Shown here in pieces: positions 15,001 to 27,816 of a stretch of DNA of 64,000 nucleotides. How positions within the stretch are numbered: position 1 is the first letter of the stretch; the number at the start of each line of letters is the position of its first letter. The DNA lies in assembly GCF_964204645.1 (NCBI RefSeq), contig NC_134029.1, forward strand, positions 19,896,950 to 19,960,949, written 5' to 3'. The notes under the pieces are model-generated. The model searched no databases, was not told the origin of the DNA, and was given only the letters and a program-made list of their open reading frames with translations. Source of the stretch: Tubulanus polymorphus. Its lineage: Eukaryota > Animalia > Nemertea. The translations under genes were made by a program, and so were the position numbers.

Positions 15001-18000
15001 TGTGATATCTTTTTCTACAGTAGGTTAAAATTTTTCTACAATATATCATTTATTACAATTTTTCATGATATATATTGCCAGCGTTATATTTTTGCTAATG
15101 TTGTTAGTATTTCGAGGTACGCGTTATGAATGTCTTTAACAGTTAACCCAATTAACCAGCGAAACTAATTGTCGTATGTACTAATAAAACGCGAACCTCT
15201 AATTCTTTCAGTTTGGCAGCTTTTTCGTGCAGTTCCTCGCGAACCGATCGCAAAGATTCTTTTTCTCTCTCAATTGCCGACAAGTCATCTAAAAATATTG
15301 AATACGTTATAAATGTTAGAATTGGCGAAATGGTGTATAAGCATTTTTTCATTGTTTCATTCAAGTTGTCTGATGCAGTTTATCTCAGTAAATGGGTAAT
15401 TTGTTGGTTTTGTAATCACATTTTTATCCTTTGCACTACTAAACTTGTTTCTAATTCAGTAACCACCTAATTGGGTAAAAAGAAAATCCTGGTCCCAACT
15501 GTATTGATTTAGGTCTAGTTTACTGTACAACTACGTACAAAAATTTCTAGTAGCCTATTTCTCAAAATTGAAGGAAATTGAGTTTTAAAGGAGATTCTGA
15601 CATTTTTCTCAAATCAAAGGAATTTCAAGCGCTGTGAAAGTCAATTTCTGTTTAGAGGGAGTTTTTAAGGAATCAGGGAGTCATAGGGACCGCGTGTCAA
15701 TTTCAATACTGAATTACCGTACCTTGATTCTTTGTTGCTTGTAGTTCGAGTTCCTTTTCCTTGTGTACGTATCGAGCTTTCTCATCGAGCTGGTATCTGC
15801 CAAAACCAACGAAGAAATGAGATAGGTTACAGTCTTTAAAATTCATTTGTCCTGTTTCTCTTTTGGCTCATTTTGTAAACTCAAAATATGATATGAAATT
15901 GGATGGTATCAAGATTGAAATACACAAACAAGCATCATTCAACTTTGAATAAGGTAAAACCACCGTTCTATTGAGTACTACAGGGTGGCCACTTTTATTT
16001 TACTAGCTTTTTCCGTGACTATTCCCCGACAAGCACCTTGTTTTCCCTGACTTGACCTGCTAAGAATCCTATCAATTAGGGCCTAACACAGTCAAATACG
16101 GAAAACATAGACAGGAACCGTTTTTTAATATGATTTTACGTGTAATATAGCGATCTCAACATATTTCCCTGACTTATCCCTGGTTTTAAGCATTAAAAAA
16201 AAAAAAATTCCATTACTTCTTTTAAAGAAAATTCCCGAAATTTTGCCTGATTTTCAGATAAGTGGCCACTCTGTACTATTGCGGATGATTAAATGCCACA
16301 AATTTTATACTTTGGCAGAATATACCATTCAAACGAAAAAGGGAAAATAACAATCAGCAAACGGACACATAATATATGCACACGTATAAGTAAGTCAAAC
16401 AAAAGCCACATATATCAGTAACTATCTTCATAACGACATCTATAATATTACCGATGATTATATTTTCCAATAGATGGTGTGATTCGATTCACCGATTTAC
16501 TGACGCATAAAGGAAAGGGTTTAAAACATTCCGCAGTTAGATAGATTCTGATCAATATTTCACAGTGACAAGAAGGGGGAAATTTCATTTCTGTCTATTC
16601 TATATGTGCTACAAGGACGAATACCTTTTGCGCTCTTCTTCTATTCGACTGTTGAATTCTGTCTCCGAGATCTGCACGATGTTTTCGCGTTTTTTTAACT
16701 GTTCGTCAATTGCTCGAATTCGTTCGTCGTTCAATTTGCGTTCTCTGTCAAAATAAACAATCATTCCGTCTGCTAAGACTATTATCATAGTTACAGGCCT
16801 ACAGGCCTCCAGCTACTCAATGATATACAGAGATAGTTGCGACTCGATTTACTATGTGTAAGTCGTCAACATAATGATGGTTCCAACTCAGGCGACTTAA
16901 CGAGTTTGACTATGAGTTTAAAAGAACAAGTTTAAATAGAAAAATTTGGATTCCGCAAGTCTATACATACCATAACCCTCAGCAGTATAACTAAATTCAG
17001 AACAGGATTTCAGGGATTTCTAGTTGCATTTTACTACCAACTAAAAACGAGCCATTTACCTTTCATTGACTTCCTTTTCTCTGCGCAGTTGGGATTCGCG
17101 TTGGCGTAAATTTTCCAACTCCTCGAGTATGCTCTGCCTCTGCGAATACAACTCTTTCTCTTGCGACTGCAAAACGAGTTTAGTCACGACGATAGTTGAA
17201 AGAGAACGACCAAACAGACATGAAAAATATTCTTCGAGTTTTGAGAGATACGTACCTCTTGTTGTTTCTGTAAACGTTCGGTCATATTTCTCTCACGATC
17301 GCTCAAAGCTTCTACTTTCAATTGATACGTTCTTTCCAACTGAAAAATTCCAAACGCCCATTTCGCCGATGATCAACTCAACGCGATAAAAACCTTTACA
17401 CACATTCATCGCAAGAGAAATTAACAAGTAATCTAGCAGTGATTCAATAAGTTTCGGGGTCATAATATTATGAATACAAGAGAACCAGGGGTAATCTATA
17501 GAGAAACTCCTGGACCCGGTTCCACAGTACAGTTGTGTTACGAGTAAACGCTGAGTTTAAAGTTACCGGTAGTTCATTTTCAATGAGTTTACTCAGAGTT
17601 AAATCTTAACTGGGAACTGTGGAACTGGACTCAGAAGATGACTATTAGAATATATTTGAAACGTCAAATAAACTACAACTAGCTCAAGGTAACATTGTCA
17701 GACTTTCCGTTATTTTTTCTTTTATTATTGTGGTATTTTCTATTATAGATTATCGTCATACAACGGATAATGTTTTAGTAATGGTTACCAGGGGTTAACA
17801 AGAATTTGTTATATTTTCAGCAAAATGCCGATGAAGTTGCTAATCTATGCGCGGTATATAAACTCGACTTGTTTAATTCTGAAGTAGAAGTCAAGAAAAC
17901 CATAAAGACATCGATGGAAAGAAGAAATTTTTACCTCTCGACGAGTTTCCTCTAGTTCTCGACGACACCGATCTCGTTCTTCTACTCTCACACGAGCTAA

Positions 18001-21000
18001 TTCATGCTCTTTAAAACGCGAAATCTGAAATCCATTGAAAAACGAGAATTAATTTGCGAACACAAGACATCGGATGATGATTAATATTGGACAAAAAGAA
18101 AGAGACGATTGTAGGCGCTTAATGTTAGGAACACTCTCATTTGTCGATGATTAAGATATTCAAGCGAACTAGCCAATGACAAGTAAGAGAATGAGAACGA
18201 TTTCCAATTTCTAAATTTCCGAATGTTTTTTCTTAAGACGGTCGCTCAAAAAGTTGACGCATGAATTACTGATATATGGAAAAATCAAAACTGCATTTGA
18301 CAGATTATTACTGGTTACTTTGGGATAAATGACCCCCAATGAATTCTACCTCTAGACTGTAGAATTCCTCTTCAACATTCCTAAAGATTGATAACATTAG
18401 GATATAGTCATAACGTGTTGAAATAAATTAACAGCTAGATGAAAACCGTTTCGGACTCAGTCTTTCTGTACGTATTGTGAGATTTCATCGTAATTATGGA
18501 CGTACCTCTAACTTCGATTCCATCTTCGCTCGCTCTTCGACCTGTTTCTGATAGAGCAGTATGCGCTCTTCGGTCGCCCAGCGCCCGGTCTGTTGATTTT
18601 CTTCCAGCCGATTGGAATACAAACGATCTATTCTGTTCAGCTTGTCATCTTCAAAGAAAATGATTAAAATGGATTTATTATCTAAGGGACCCATTACAGA
18701 CAAAATAGTTAAACTGCTTTCTGAGCTAAGCGATATCACTGGTATTCATACAAGTGGCCTGCACTGATTTCTAATTATTGCCAGTTACTCAAAAGCAGGT
18801 TGACAAGTGCATAGTTGACATGGTGACAATCAAAAGTTCATTGTTTCTATGGTATTTATCTGCCGGTCATCTTTAAGTTAAACCAACTTTTGAGCAACTG
18901 GCCCCTGACGCGAGTTAGATGCAATTCTATATGTGTAAAAATTGGTCAATGTTCAACTAAAATCTAACTTGAGTTCACGTGAGTGTCCTGCATTTTTTCT
19001 TAATATTCTCAACGACGGATGAAATGATTGTCTACTCACCGAGTGAGGCTGATTGATAGAGCGGTATCTGCTCCGTTTGAACGCCGCTGTCATTATCCGC
19101 GTAACCGTGCAACGAAGCGATCTCTGTCAATAACTGCCACAAAAAACCTGCAATCAAATCAAGTAACAATACCTCTTAACCCTTTCAGTGTGTCTACACC
19201 GCAGTGCGGTGTATGAATCGGTGATGGATTTTGCTAGTACACCGCACTGCGGTGTATTGATGTAAGTAGTAATTAGTTTTTATCTCTATTGAAAGATGGC
19301 AGCACCTGTCAAACATAGTGAAATATTAGTAACTAACGATACACCGCATCGGGGTGTAAATGCACTATAGTGGTATTCCCGTTATTCAACACACTAGGGT
19401 GGAATTATTCAAAATTTTCAAATTATCTCCAGCACTATAGGGTATTAATTAGTCAGCACTGAAAGGGTTAATATAGATATGAGTATTTCCCGGTACGATT
19501 TATGAAGCGAGTGATCAAATATATTCACCTTTTTTGTCGTATTCTGTTATATTCTGTGCCTAGAATTTAAAAAAAGACAATTAATTCAGTTGTCCATCAA
19601 CTAGCACTTCAGAGGTTTATCAACGAGGCGATACTCACAAGATTTTTGTAGAGCTTCGATTGCGGATTAATACGCAGAAGATGAAGCAAGTCACGCACTG
19701 ACATGACCTATACAAACAAAATCACAATGTCTTCAGCTCAAAATATCCGAATAATCATTATGTACCGAAAGTCACTCATTACAGGGTCCAGTTTCATAAA
19801 AGACCATTAAAAATGATCAACGAGAAATAAATGATACAATCAGAACCACATTCATGAAGTAAATACCTATCTATGGGTGAGGGGATCGAAAATAGGCTAC
19901 TTTCCCGATGAGTGAAATTAAGGATTAACTTATAGGGCGTTCGATTTGCTTACTAAATATTCAAAGACTTGTTTTTATGAATTCTTGATTATACTACTGT
20001 TGGTTGCCTCAAACGGCGGCCATCTTTTCGCCAAGTAGCCCTGTCGCCGAGGAGGTTACAGGCCTCACCCAGGTGAGCTCGTCGTCTGTATCACGTAACA
20101 AGACAAAACGAACCCACCTAGGGGTATCCCGAGTTAAATTAGGGCTACCAAAATGGGATAATCTAAGGCCCTTTCTATGAACAGCCCTTCTATTGAATTC
20201 ATGTACTCGGATTCAGTAATGAAGGATTATGAATCGAACATGAGGGCATTTACTTTACTTCATGTCTTGCCAAACACTAATTAGTTACTCACTCACCAAT
20301 TTACTCAATTAACCTGTTCTCCTCTGTACATATACCCCTGTTTTTAGTCAATATCTCACGACCTGACGATGATCTCTAGTGTGAGATCGAAACGTAGTGT
20401 TCTTATATTTTAGATTGTTTCAATTAATAAATTCTCGATTTTAGATTTCTTTCAATTTGTAAATAGTGGGTTTTTATCTTATCATTGAAGGCATTAATTC
20501 TCACTTGTTCGTGAACGGTTCCGCTCTCCGGTAGAAACACGCTGTAAGAATAATCGAAGTCGTTTCGTCGCAGGTGATCGCAAACGAGGCTATTCGCCGC
20601 TTTATACATCAACGATTCTTCGGCCGTCTTCAACGTCGGTTTAACCGGCACGATAGCCGGGCCGTTCTGCAATTCTTGCACCAGTTTATGCCTCAATTGA
20701 GCCTGAAAAATATTCAAAATCTCGAGGTAAAGGCCGCGTAGGCCACTTTAAAAGAACGAGAGTCCTAGAAGCTTCGGTACTGTCATCATCAACCCGCCTG
20801 AATCAACAGCCTGATTATATGGTACACAGGATGGTGGGGATGGGTTTGAGAGGTCGGTTGTAGCTCAAGCTCTGAGAGTGAGTTTTTGTTGGTACTAAAC
20901 TCGGTCCCTCACGTCAAAAATTTGTATCGTACAAAAAATAAAGTTACTCAGAGCCATACTAATGTTATAAATCGAAGAACATGTCATCCGAAAGTGCTAG

Positions 21001-22199
21001 AACCAATAAATAATTTTTTTCCGCATTGGTTGAAAGTGTGGATGTTGCATGAACAAATTCTTGAGATCGATTTTTTCCTACGATTCATTTGAAATGAAAT
21101 TCTACTGAATTTGATGTGTTTGCTGAATAAAATGAAATTGAATTTCATACATTTTTTGGGGTTGAATTAAATTGAATATGAATTCTTATCTGTCGCTTCA
21201 AGATTTAATCTGATATAGATTGATTGACCTTTGACTGAAGAACGCAAAAATAGGCCAAATGCACTGGTTTTTTAAAATATCAATTATTGAATATTCGAAA
21301 TGTCACCCCACGACTTAAGTCTGGGGGATGAAGAAAAGACGTTGTGAAGTGATTGCCTGGCTTAAACTAAAGAATGCGAATAAAGGTTTTGAATTTGACG
21401 TGTCCACATAAGTATAGGATCGGACTTCACTTTTATTTTGATTATAGGGAAACACAATTTTTTAGTCAAATTAGCAGCTTTAAGATGACTACTTCACCAA
21501 AGCTCAAAATCATACACACGCACGATATTAATACTCTTGTGACTCGTCAGAAGCTTTCTTTTAAATATAGGCTTGCTGACATATGGTGATTTAAGACAAG
21601 TGATAGATGACCTGACACACGTGTCAAATGAAACGCCTCGACTGATGAGATTGATGATGAGAAAATACACCGAGATCGTGTTGCATTTCATTTAAAAGCT
21701 TGAAAAGGAAGAAGACATTGAAGAGAGTATGGCAGCGTAACGTACATGGCTGTGGGTTTGAATCCTGTTTATCCTTATCAGTAAGTATGGCAGTATAACA
21801 TATGTGGTTGTGGGTTTGAATCCGGTTTATCCTTATCAGTAAGTATGGCAGTATAAAATATGTGGTTGTGGGTTTGAATCCTGTTTATCCTTATCAGTGT
21901 CCAAAGTGAATTATTGGCATTAGTCGAGTTTGAAGACACAGATTAATACATTCACTATTTTTGTCTCTCCACTGCCAGACGATCGCCATTGCTTGTCGAA
22001 CGTGTTAAGTAATGTTCTTCTTTAATTCTTATTTTTCATTAGAAACAAATTATTCAGAGTTTGAGATCGCAATGAATCGATTAAACGGGGAAAAATCTTT
22101 TGATTTTACCTTAAGATCATCGATGTATCCCTGATTCTGTAGTTTATTGTATAATTTATCGCGAAATTGCTCAGCAGTCAAAACCGCTTCTCCATCCAT
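6009..22199 (-). CDS. OFD1: Oral-facial-digital syndrome 1 centriolar/ciliogenesis protein homologue (~1047 aa, 29 coding exons)
   Basis: Exons 5' to 3': 22110-22199, 20505-20702, 19639-19707, 19529-19559, 19040-19147, 18506-18648, 17935-18024, 17256-17339, 17060-17166, 16625-16744, 15723-15796, 15197-15288, 14502-14579, 14108-14175, 13604-13647, 12948-13111, 12319-12430, 12016-12040, 10126-10336, 9383-9584, 8824-8907, 8504-8615, 8283-8398, 8074-8202, 7531-7743, 6992-7122, 6650-6778, 6133-6218, 6009-6042. All GT-AG and in phase (3144 nt). The N-terminus (FRDKLYNKLQNQGYIDDLKAQLRHKLVQEL), LisH region (AANSLVCDHLRRNDFDYSYSVFLPESG), 'EKELYSQRQ', coiled coils, 'DPVMQQYMALIQ' and C-terminal 'DDFDW' match vertebrate OFD1 as I recall it. 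Confidence 0.95.
10959..11590 (-). mobile_element. Helentron/HINE (DINE-1/pearl-like) non-autonomous element, copy 1
   Basis: On the - strand: T-run, 5' hairpin AGCCCACTTGGGACTTTAGTCCCAGCGGGCT, short (CGTC)n microsatellite, two ~154-bp internal tandem repeats, sub-terminal IR AAGTGGGC, small 3' palindrome, and a CTAG-T end. Confidence 0.75.
13721..14007. mobile_element. piggyBac-type MITE (TTAA TSD), copy 1
   Basis: TTAA-CCCTTTCAGTGC ... GCACGGAAAGGG-TTAA, with internal palindrome TACACCGCAGTGCGGTGTA. Four copies in the window. Confidence 0.85.
15981..16273. mobile_element. MITE with CAGGGTGGCCACT TIR and 5-bp TSD (TACTA)
   Basis: TACTA-CAGGGTGGCCACT ... AGTGGCCACTCTG-TACTA. Confidence 0.75.
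17630..17785 (+). mobile_element. Decayed Penelope-like family 2 fragment (another at ~18378-18490)
   Basis: GAAGATGACTATTAGAATATATTTGAAACGTC and the downstream ATTATTGTGG...ACGGAT are shared with the 36731 and 49618 copies. Confidence 0.5.
19176..19471. mobile_element. piggyBac-type MITE, copy 2
   Basis: TTAA-CCCTTTCAGTG ... CACTGAAAGGG-TTAA; same body as 13721-14007. Confidence 0.85.
20287..20483 (+). mobile_element. Penelope-like pLTR fragment, family 1 (hammerhead core at ~20363-20396)
   Basis: Near-identical to 44879-45073; CTGACGATGATCTCTAGTGTGAGATCGAAACGTA. A further decayed copy lies at ~12147-12263. Confidence 0.65.
21726..21898 (+). repeat. Tandem repeat, 3 x 58 bp
   Basis: Units start at 21726, 21784 and 21842 (AGTATGGCAG...GTGGGTTTGAATCC..TTTATCCTTATCAGT). 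Confidence 0.9.
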
Positions 22200-23562
22200 T
22201 TTCGTTCGGTCAAGAATTTCTACTCAGCCAATCTCTAGTTACCGGGTTTGAAATTACTGCAATAACAAAACAATATAAACATACCATGAACAGGGTCCTT
22301 ACATATATCTGTCATTCATGGATAGGCCTAGGTGTAAGGAGCCTATATAAGGAGTTTTTTCAAATTTCTTATAAGCGTCCCAATTACTGAAGACTCCTTC
22401 CTCTCCCTGAAGCATAACTTATTTCAACCTTGTTGGCCCTCCCCCAACATTGATATAAGCCCATCCAATTACAAAAGCTTACCGATGGAACGATTACAGT
22501 AGGTACTGGTAGGCCTGATTATGATGCTGAAGGCCTCTACTAGGCCTATGTGGCACTTTGTGATAAGGGGCTACACTATTTGCCCTTGTCGTATGTAAAT
22601 GAGCGGTTATTTGGTCAATTAATTGTAGGTAATTAGATGGTAAGTCGGTTTTTTTCTGTTAAATAACGTCGCTTTTTTAGCAGTTATTTACCAATGATTT
22701 TCTGATGAAAAGGATTATCGATGATTTTCCGATGAATTTCCTGAAGACAGAGAGATAGCAGAAAATCAGTTGCTGAGATCAAACACAGAACTATGAACGA
22801 GCGTAAATTCGGCCCTACAACAGTAAAAGAAAAAGAGCAAACGGTTTGGTTTGGTAATTAACACAATTTTGATCTTAAAACGTAAACAATCGTAAAAAAA
22901 ACTTATTAGAATCAAATTAAAACTTTAAAAGTCGATAAAAGAGAACGATCTGTATAGCTTATTGTTTATCCAACCTTGCCATATAATTCACATAACTAAT
23001 TCATGATGTATTTAACTAATATTACCGTAATTAAATTATCAAAAATTAAGACGACTTAACGGTTACTCCACACGGGATACAATCTCGCGCATTCAAAAAT
23101 TTGTGTATACCTGATTGGGCCCGCATGCCGCAGTATATTCAATTCAATTAAAATTTATTTATTTATCATAAAGTGTGAAAACAATCGTCGTTGAAGTTCA
23201 AAAAGATAAGCAGATAAACAAAAACAACGAAGATAGTGATTATCAATGCAATTGAATTACTGAGATATACAAACAACATACAAATAATAAATAATAATGT
23301 GTTTTCTGCACAGCTGCGGCGTTAGGATGGAGATTTTATATTTTTCGAACGGGACTCCCTGCGCCGGACATCCTCGCTCGTTTGAAAATCACATAATTCG
23401 CGAATTTAAGAATATGTATAAACACAGTAAAATCAATCAGAGCATGTGGACATATTGTTCATCTTAAATTTCCAACATTGTCTATAGCATCTAGCCAGTC
23501 TTTTCCAAACCGACCAATCGTTATCGGTTGGATTCTTCTGAAAAGTTGACCGACGGGATCTC

Positions 23563-25209
23563 GTTTCTCATTTCTGGTGAGCTCACAAGTTGACCCGGCC
23601 GGTGATGGCCTATCTACCCTGAACATTACTAATTCAAACCATGATCAAGTGACCCGGCAGCTATAAATGAACCGATGACATTTTATTGCAGTTGAAAAAA
23701 ATGACCCAACGATTCTGAGAAACGGCCGGATCAAGTCCTAGCGTCTGCAGGCCCGACATGGATGCAAAATGCCAATTCATTTTCCATTCATGTATTTCAG
23801 TAAAAAATATAAACGCATGTACATTATTTCATCTATTTGATCGTTGAAGACTTTGACTCTGCAAATGGAGTAAATTTCCATCCCCGGCAATCACATTTGT
23901 AATCGACACTGGCAGAACAAAACTCGATCCGCTATAAAAAGCGTAATAAAATTACACCTCATACTAATCGGATCTTCGTTTAATCAGCCGGGAATAATGA
24001 ATACGCACCATATCGGTTATTATACGCGTTGGGCTTAGATAGATTGCTATTTACGGATGTCGTAATGTATTTACAAAAAAACGTCGCTAGGTCTATGATT
24101 AGCTATAGCGTACCGTAATTCCCGGCAAGGAGTTGCGCGCGTGCTCATCCAAGTTTCAGACATTTCACGTCGATTCGGTAAGTTTTGAAACAAAACAAAC
24201 GCATGATTTTGCATTGTTCACATTTGTTCGAGATTACTAGGAGGGTGATTAGATCTCGTTTATGATTGGAAGGAAATCTCGGTTTCATAGGCATATATTT
24301 TTGAACATAATTAAAAGCAGTGATAATCTGCGATCAACGGTTTGTATATAAATATTGCTATCGCGATTGCAATGGTCATTGCCGAGTCGATGCGACGTGG
24401 ATTGTTCCAAGTAAGGTGAGTTCCTTTCTTTCGTATATTCAGAACACAGTATATTCATCGGAAAACCTCATTGATGAATAGTAGCTATCGGCCTTGTTAT
24501 ATATTTCAATAAACATCGATTTCGCTGGGATAGTTAAAAAAGACGATATGTATTAAGCATAAAATAGATTAAGCAATTTGTTAGAATCTGGCAATCAATT
24601 ATCTATTACAGTTTGAACATGGATTGCATTTTGGTTTTTTCTTGCTTGTGGAAAAATCTGATAGGGTATGCTCTCAATCAAAACCATATGCTAAGCATAT
24701 AGAAAATATGGTCACTTAAAACGGCACCGCACCGTGAACTATTTTTAAGCGTGTCAAAGATGAATTGCCATCTGGAAGAAACTTACACTTACTAGATTGA
24801 CGTTCATAAATTGGTGATAATTATATTGTCTTGTAAGCCGCATTTATTTTGATAGATTCGCTAGGCGAGGTTTCCGGAACGGTATCATCATCAATGCTAA
24901 ACGCCTATATTTAGATGAACAAAATCAACACTACTTATTATTTAAATGTGTATATATATATATATGCTCTCGTCCCAATATCTATGGACGTTCGTGAGAG
25001 CAATTAAAAACGAATTAGGGTAAAAAATACCTTTTTTTCTCTTAATCGGCCATTTTGTCATTTTGTAATTCGCAATAAAATGTAATCGCGGTTCATCTTT
25101 CTGCCGGGTCGATGATAACTGTTAGCTGGATCGTGATTTTTAAAAAGCAACGTACACCGCAGAGTGCGGCCGGCCGGGTCAACTTTTAAGCTTAGCAGAA
25201 ATGAGAAAC
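23563..25209. mobile_element. Probable 1.65-kb non-autonomous DNA transposon bounded by 40-bp inverted repeats
   Basis: GTTTCTCATTTCTGGTGAGCTCACAAGTTGACCCGGCCGG (23563-23602) matches the reverse complement of 25170-25209 at 36/40. A second inner IR GACCCGGCAG sits at 23651/25101. No long ORF inside. Confidence 0.55.
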
Positions 25210-25659
25210 AAATAAATTTTCTTAAGCCTGATAGACTAAACGCTAAGAACGTATAGTACGTACGCTGTATTTCCGTCGAGATTTGTTCAATTTCAATTTA
25301 TTTCACAGAAAAGCGTTATTACAAGCTAAACAATAAGAAAAAATCGAGAGAAAAAATATTCGACAATGGCTGTACTTTCTATTAAGCAACTCCTTTTTTG
25401 AACATCAAATTCGTGTCGGTTATGATATGAGTCGCAGAAATATATAGGGTCGTCTGTAAACGTGGTCGCTTGTGGTTTCCTATAGCTCTGTGTGAGGGAA
25501 AGGCATATGATCTTCCTGACCATAGCTATAGGAATAGCCATAGCTTTCCAAGACCAACATAACGTTTAAAAAATAGATAACAAATGCGGACAAGGGTGTA
25601 TATCATTCCTACATATAATTTGCTATAACGAGCGTCATCGTACACGTGTGAGAGTATGA

Positions 25660-25856
25660 TACTTTATCAAAGGCCCAATTCCACTTAATGCCGGTAAAGA
25701 GTTGAGTATAGACAGTCTTCTAGTTAACATCAACCCACGACATTTGTCTTTTTTTGCTATTGGATCCGACTGTGGCCCGAGCATGGTTTAACCAGGATTC
25801 TAAACCGCACCCTCCGGGTTGGGATCCCAACACCTTATCCACGAAGCCACGGGGAC
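25660..25856 (-). mobile_element. tRNA-derived SINE-like element
   Basis: - strand head GTCCCCGTGGCTTCGTGGATAAGG (A-box-like) ... GGTTTAGAATCC (B-box-like), followed by a non-tRNA body. Confidence 0.5.
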
Positions 25857-26862
25857 AAGACAAGCGTCGTACTGTGTAAATACAAATTGAAATTTCAACT
25901 TTCTATCATAAAGCAGGGATTGTCCCTATTATTTGATTGGTAGATTGAGTCCGATTTGTAATGATTTGGTGTCCCTTAAAACTCACCACACCAGCCGGGA
26001 ACGAAACAGGGAGTTTGATTTTGAAATCGATGTACAGATGGGGACTATGATCAGCGGTCAAATTTACTGAATCTCTATTCAAATCGATGCAGACTATAAG
26101 AAATTGTAACTTTTTATGCAAATCTTCCATACGACTGGACCAGGTGTCGTCGACAATGCACCACACAGAACTACGATCTTCTGCGATATTTGGGAGTTTT
26201 TCGTGTCCAGATATATATTTGAGCGTTTTTCGTGTCCAGATATTCCCAGAGAATCCATCTACATTAGACTGCTTGCTTTTTGGATTAAAAAAAAAACGCG
26301 TCAGGTCATGAAAAATCACGAACTACGCGTATCCTATAGCATTGTGTAAGGGTGTAAGATAACAGATTCGCCCTTCCATTGATATAGGATCACGAATAGT
26401 TCCGATAATCACCTTCAGAAGAGACTGAATTAGCCAAAGAAACGTGAACGCAAAAACAAACTCATTCACTTGTCAACTTTATTCATTAACGAACCAAAAC
26501 ATTTTCCAGTTTGTATTAAAATAGAAATGTATTAATACATTAAATGTAACAATACAACATCAAATGCCAAGATTGTTTGCACTAGTAAATGCAAAACCGA
26601 TTCAGTTAACCTCGCCTTAAAAAACAAAACAACCGAAAAAAAAACCAAATCATTTTTGTAATTTCCGTTCTAATTTTTCTAATCTTTAAACTTCGACTTT
26701 GCCTACCTCGGACAAACTTTTGAATATGATTGAATATGAGAGATGAAAACAATATACGATCAACCCCCGATATACCGCCAGGTTTTCTCGATGTACATAT
26801 CTATACAAATACATAGTAAAACACCTGCGATATACCGAGTGTTCGAACAGTAAGTACTTAAT

Positions 26863-26863
<1 letters not shown>

Positions 26864-26893
<30 letters not shown>
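26864..26893 (+). repeat. Poly-T tract, ~30 nt
   Basis: Directly visible. Confidence 0.9.
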
Positions 26894-26896
<3 letters not shown>

Positions 26897-27354
26897 TCTT
26901 ACTTTATTATCTAATGGAAAGCTCCATTACATCTACATCGCACCCACTGGAGTCATGTGGGGGACTGAATAATTGTTACATGATTGTAGCGAGAATATGC
27001 AGTTTAAAAAGAAAAAAAAAAATCACCTCTAGCTCCGTGTATTAGGTGTAAAAACACCTTACGACCTTACGAGGGAAAGTTCTTAAATAACTGTTTTCTC
27101 TTTTCATTTTAGGTTGTTCTACTCTTACCAAATAGGATATAAAAATTTTTGTTCTTTTTTAACATTTTTTATTCCTTTTTTTCAGTACTTTTTATCTTTT
27201 TTTTCTTATATTGCTTTTGTTTTTGTTTTTTTTTCTTCAAATTTTGAAAAATTATATACAGTTATCGGTACAGAATCCTATTTACATACTAGACATCGTT
27301 ATCAAATAGTCTATCATTCTTCAATATGTACACATTTACAGAATTAACAAGTCT

Positions 27355-27596
<242 letters not shown>

Positions 27597-27744
27597 ATAA
27601 TACATTATTCATGTCGGAAAATAAACAAACATACTATTTAATAATATACGTAGTACATAGTATACAAAGCTTACAGTATATCATAAATTGTATCGAGTAG
27701 TATTTCATTTATTACCAATTCCATTTCAGTTATTTTTAAAGAAC

Positions 27745-27816
27745 TTCCCGCACCGGGAATCGAACCCGGGCCTCCTGGGTGAGAGCCAGGTATCCTAACC
27801 ACTAGACCATGCGGGA
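27745..27816 (-). tRNA. tRNA-Glu (anticodon CTC)
   Basis: Reverse complement TCCCGCATGGTCTAGTGGTTAGGATACCTGGCTCTCACCCAGGAGGCCCGGGTTCGATTCCCGGTGCGGGAA (72 nt). Perfect acceptor stem TCCCGCA/TGCGGGA, anticodon stem CCTGG/CCAGG around CT-CTC-AC, T arm CCGGG-TTCGATT-CCCGG, A and B boxes intact. Confidence 0.97.

Noticed and set aside
21726-21898. CRISPR-like array
   Set aside because: Whole units repeat without unique spacers, the context is eukaryotic, and there are no cas genes.
22238-22250. RFX X-box at the OFD1 5' end (GTTACCGGGTTTG)
   Set aside because: Only one half-site matches; too weak to call despite the ciliary context.
22250-23100. Possible head-to-head partner of OFD1 (TRAPPC2 in vertebrates); ATG|GTAAG at ~22637
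   Set aside because: No TRAPPC2-like coding exons found downstream on the + strand, only an isolated donor-like site.
25906-26349. 137-aa - strand ORF and overlapping + strand ORFs
   Set aside because: No recognisable motif and no linked exons found; cannot be supported as a gene.
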